DNA of 64,000 bases, from the NCBI GenBank assembly GCA_964106645.2, contig OZ067053.1, one strand, 5' to 3'. This document shows positions 63,076 through 64,000 of the stretch, one piece after another. Position numbers and translations under genes: made by a program. The number at the start of each line of letters is the position of its first letter. The first letter of the stretch is position 1. The notes beneath the pieces are model-generated. The model was given only the letters and a program-made list of their open reading frames with translations, did not search any database and had not been told where the DNA came from. The DNA comes from Podarcis pityusensis. Its lineage: Eukaryota.

Positions 63076-63169
63076 TCTTCTCAGAAGTACATAATGGCAA
63101 GAAGCAGGCAGGGGGAGTGCCAGCCCACAATGTCTCCCCCCGGAGATGTGCCAAAACTGCTCTCCAGCT

Positions 63170-63208
63170 AAAACAAAGAAGCAAAGAAGCAAAAGAAGCA
63201 AAGAAGCA

Positions 63209-63262
<54 letters not shown>

Positions 63263-63280
63263 CAAACAAAGAAACAAACC
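63170..63280. repeat. (AAAG)n compound microsatellite
   Basis: Directly visible in the sequence. Confidence 0.9.
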
Positions 63281-63340
63281 ACTGCTAACTACTCAGAACA
63301 CCAAAGGCTTCTGCACTGCTCTTTTTGCATTGCTCAATGT

Positions 63341-63588
63341 CATGGGTAGGCAAACTAAGGCCCGGGGGCTGGATCTGGCCCAATCGCCTTCTAAATCCGG
63401 CCCGCGGATGGTCCGGGAATCAGCATGTTTTTACATGAGTAGAATGTGTGCTTTTATTTAAAATGCATCTCTGGGTTATTTGTGGGGCATAGGAATTCAT
63501 TCATCCGCCCCCAAAAAAGTCCGCCCCCCCCCACCAGGTCTGAGGGACAGTGGACTGGCCCCCTGCTGAAAAAGCTTGCTGACCCCTG
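63341..63588. mobile_element. hAT-type MITE
   Basis: Perfect 8-bp TSD CTCAATGT. Inverted copy of the 8043 family. Confidence 0.85.
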
Positions 63589-64000
63589 CTCAATGTCATA
63601 TTTTGATCCTTGGTGCATTGACACCCCACCAGGTGGTCACTTTGAAATCATGGCACAAAATTAGAACTTTTTGTCTCCAACGCTGTAGTTGGCGATTCAC
63701 ATACACAAACCTCTGTGCGCATGGCTAGCTAGGTGTCCCAACTACATTTCACTGCACTCTCGGTTCTGAAATCCCTTGGGCCACCCCTTCTACACCTGCA
63801 TATTTGTCCTGAACACCTGTAGCGTGATATCCTGTGCAGATACAGTGTGGTTTCCCTTTTAACATAGCGCATCTTGAACTTTTTCAGGCCTCCACCTTGT
63901 GGTTTCCCCATAACCAAATACCAAAAAATCTACTCTGACAGGCAAACGTGTGACATTTCTTAAACCTCTGCTGCTGTAGAAATGTTGAAGATATGGCAAT

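Noticed and set aside
62060-64000. Search for J (FGxG with 12-RSS) or C exons
   Set aside because: None recognisable here or elsewhere in the window.

Overview
This is vertebrate nuclear DNA from a squamate, probably a lacertid lizard (Sauria SINEs, lizard-type mtDNA insert). It is part of an immunoglobulin lambda light-chain V cluster with 21 V-type genes, all on +, and no J or C segments. Twenty V segments carry a 23-bp-spacer RSS; most also show an octamer promoter, a 46-49 nt leader exon and an intron. Eighteen belong to one recently expanded family with non-canonical cysteines (CxxC in CDR2, Cys in FR1, YYCC) and mosaic CDR modules, arranged in near-identical 1.8-10 kb duplications. Highlights: (1) the last V gene (59881-62059) has lost its RSS and reads through the decayed RSS into an acidic, Cys-containing tail with a stop and AATAAA, making it a candidate non-rearranging VpreB-like gene; (2) a 1.2-kb NUMT (trnS-trnD-COX2-trnK-ATP8-ATP6') replaces the 5' half of a V gene that still has a perfect RSS; (3) a 5'-truncated L1 carries an antisense copy of the U1 snRNA 5' end at its 5' junction; (4) a 2.1-kb non-autonomous L1-tailed element carries an unassigned ORF. 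There are two assembly gaps. Labels V1-V21 are my own, and all comparisons were made by eye or from recalled sequences.
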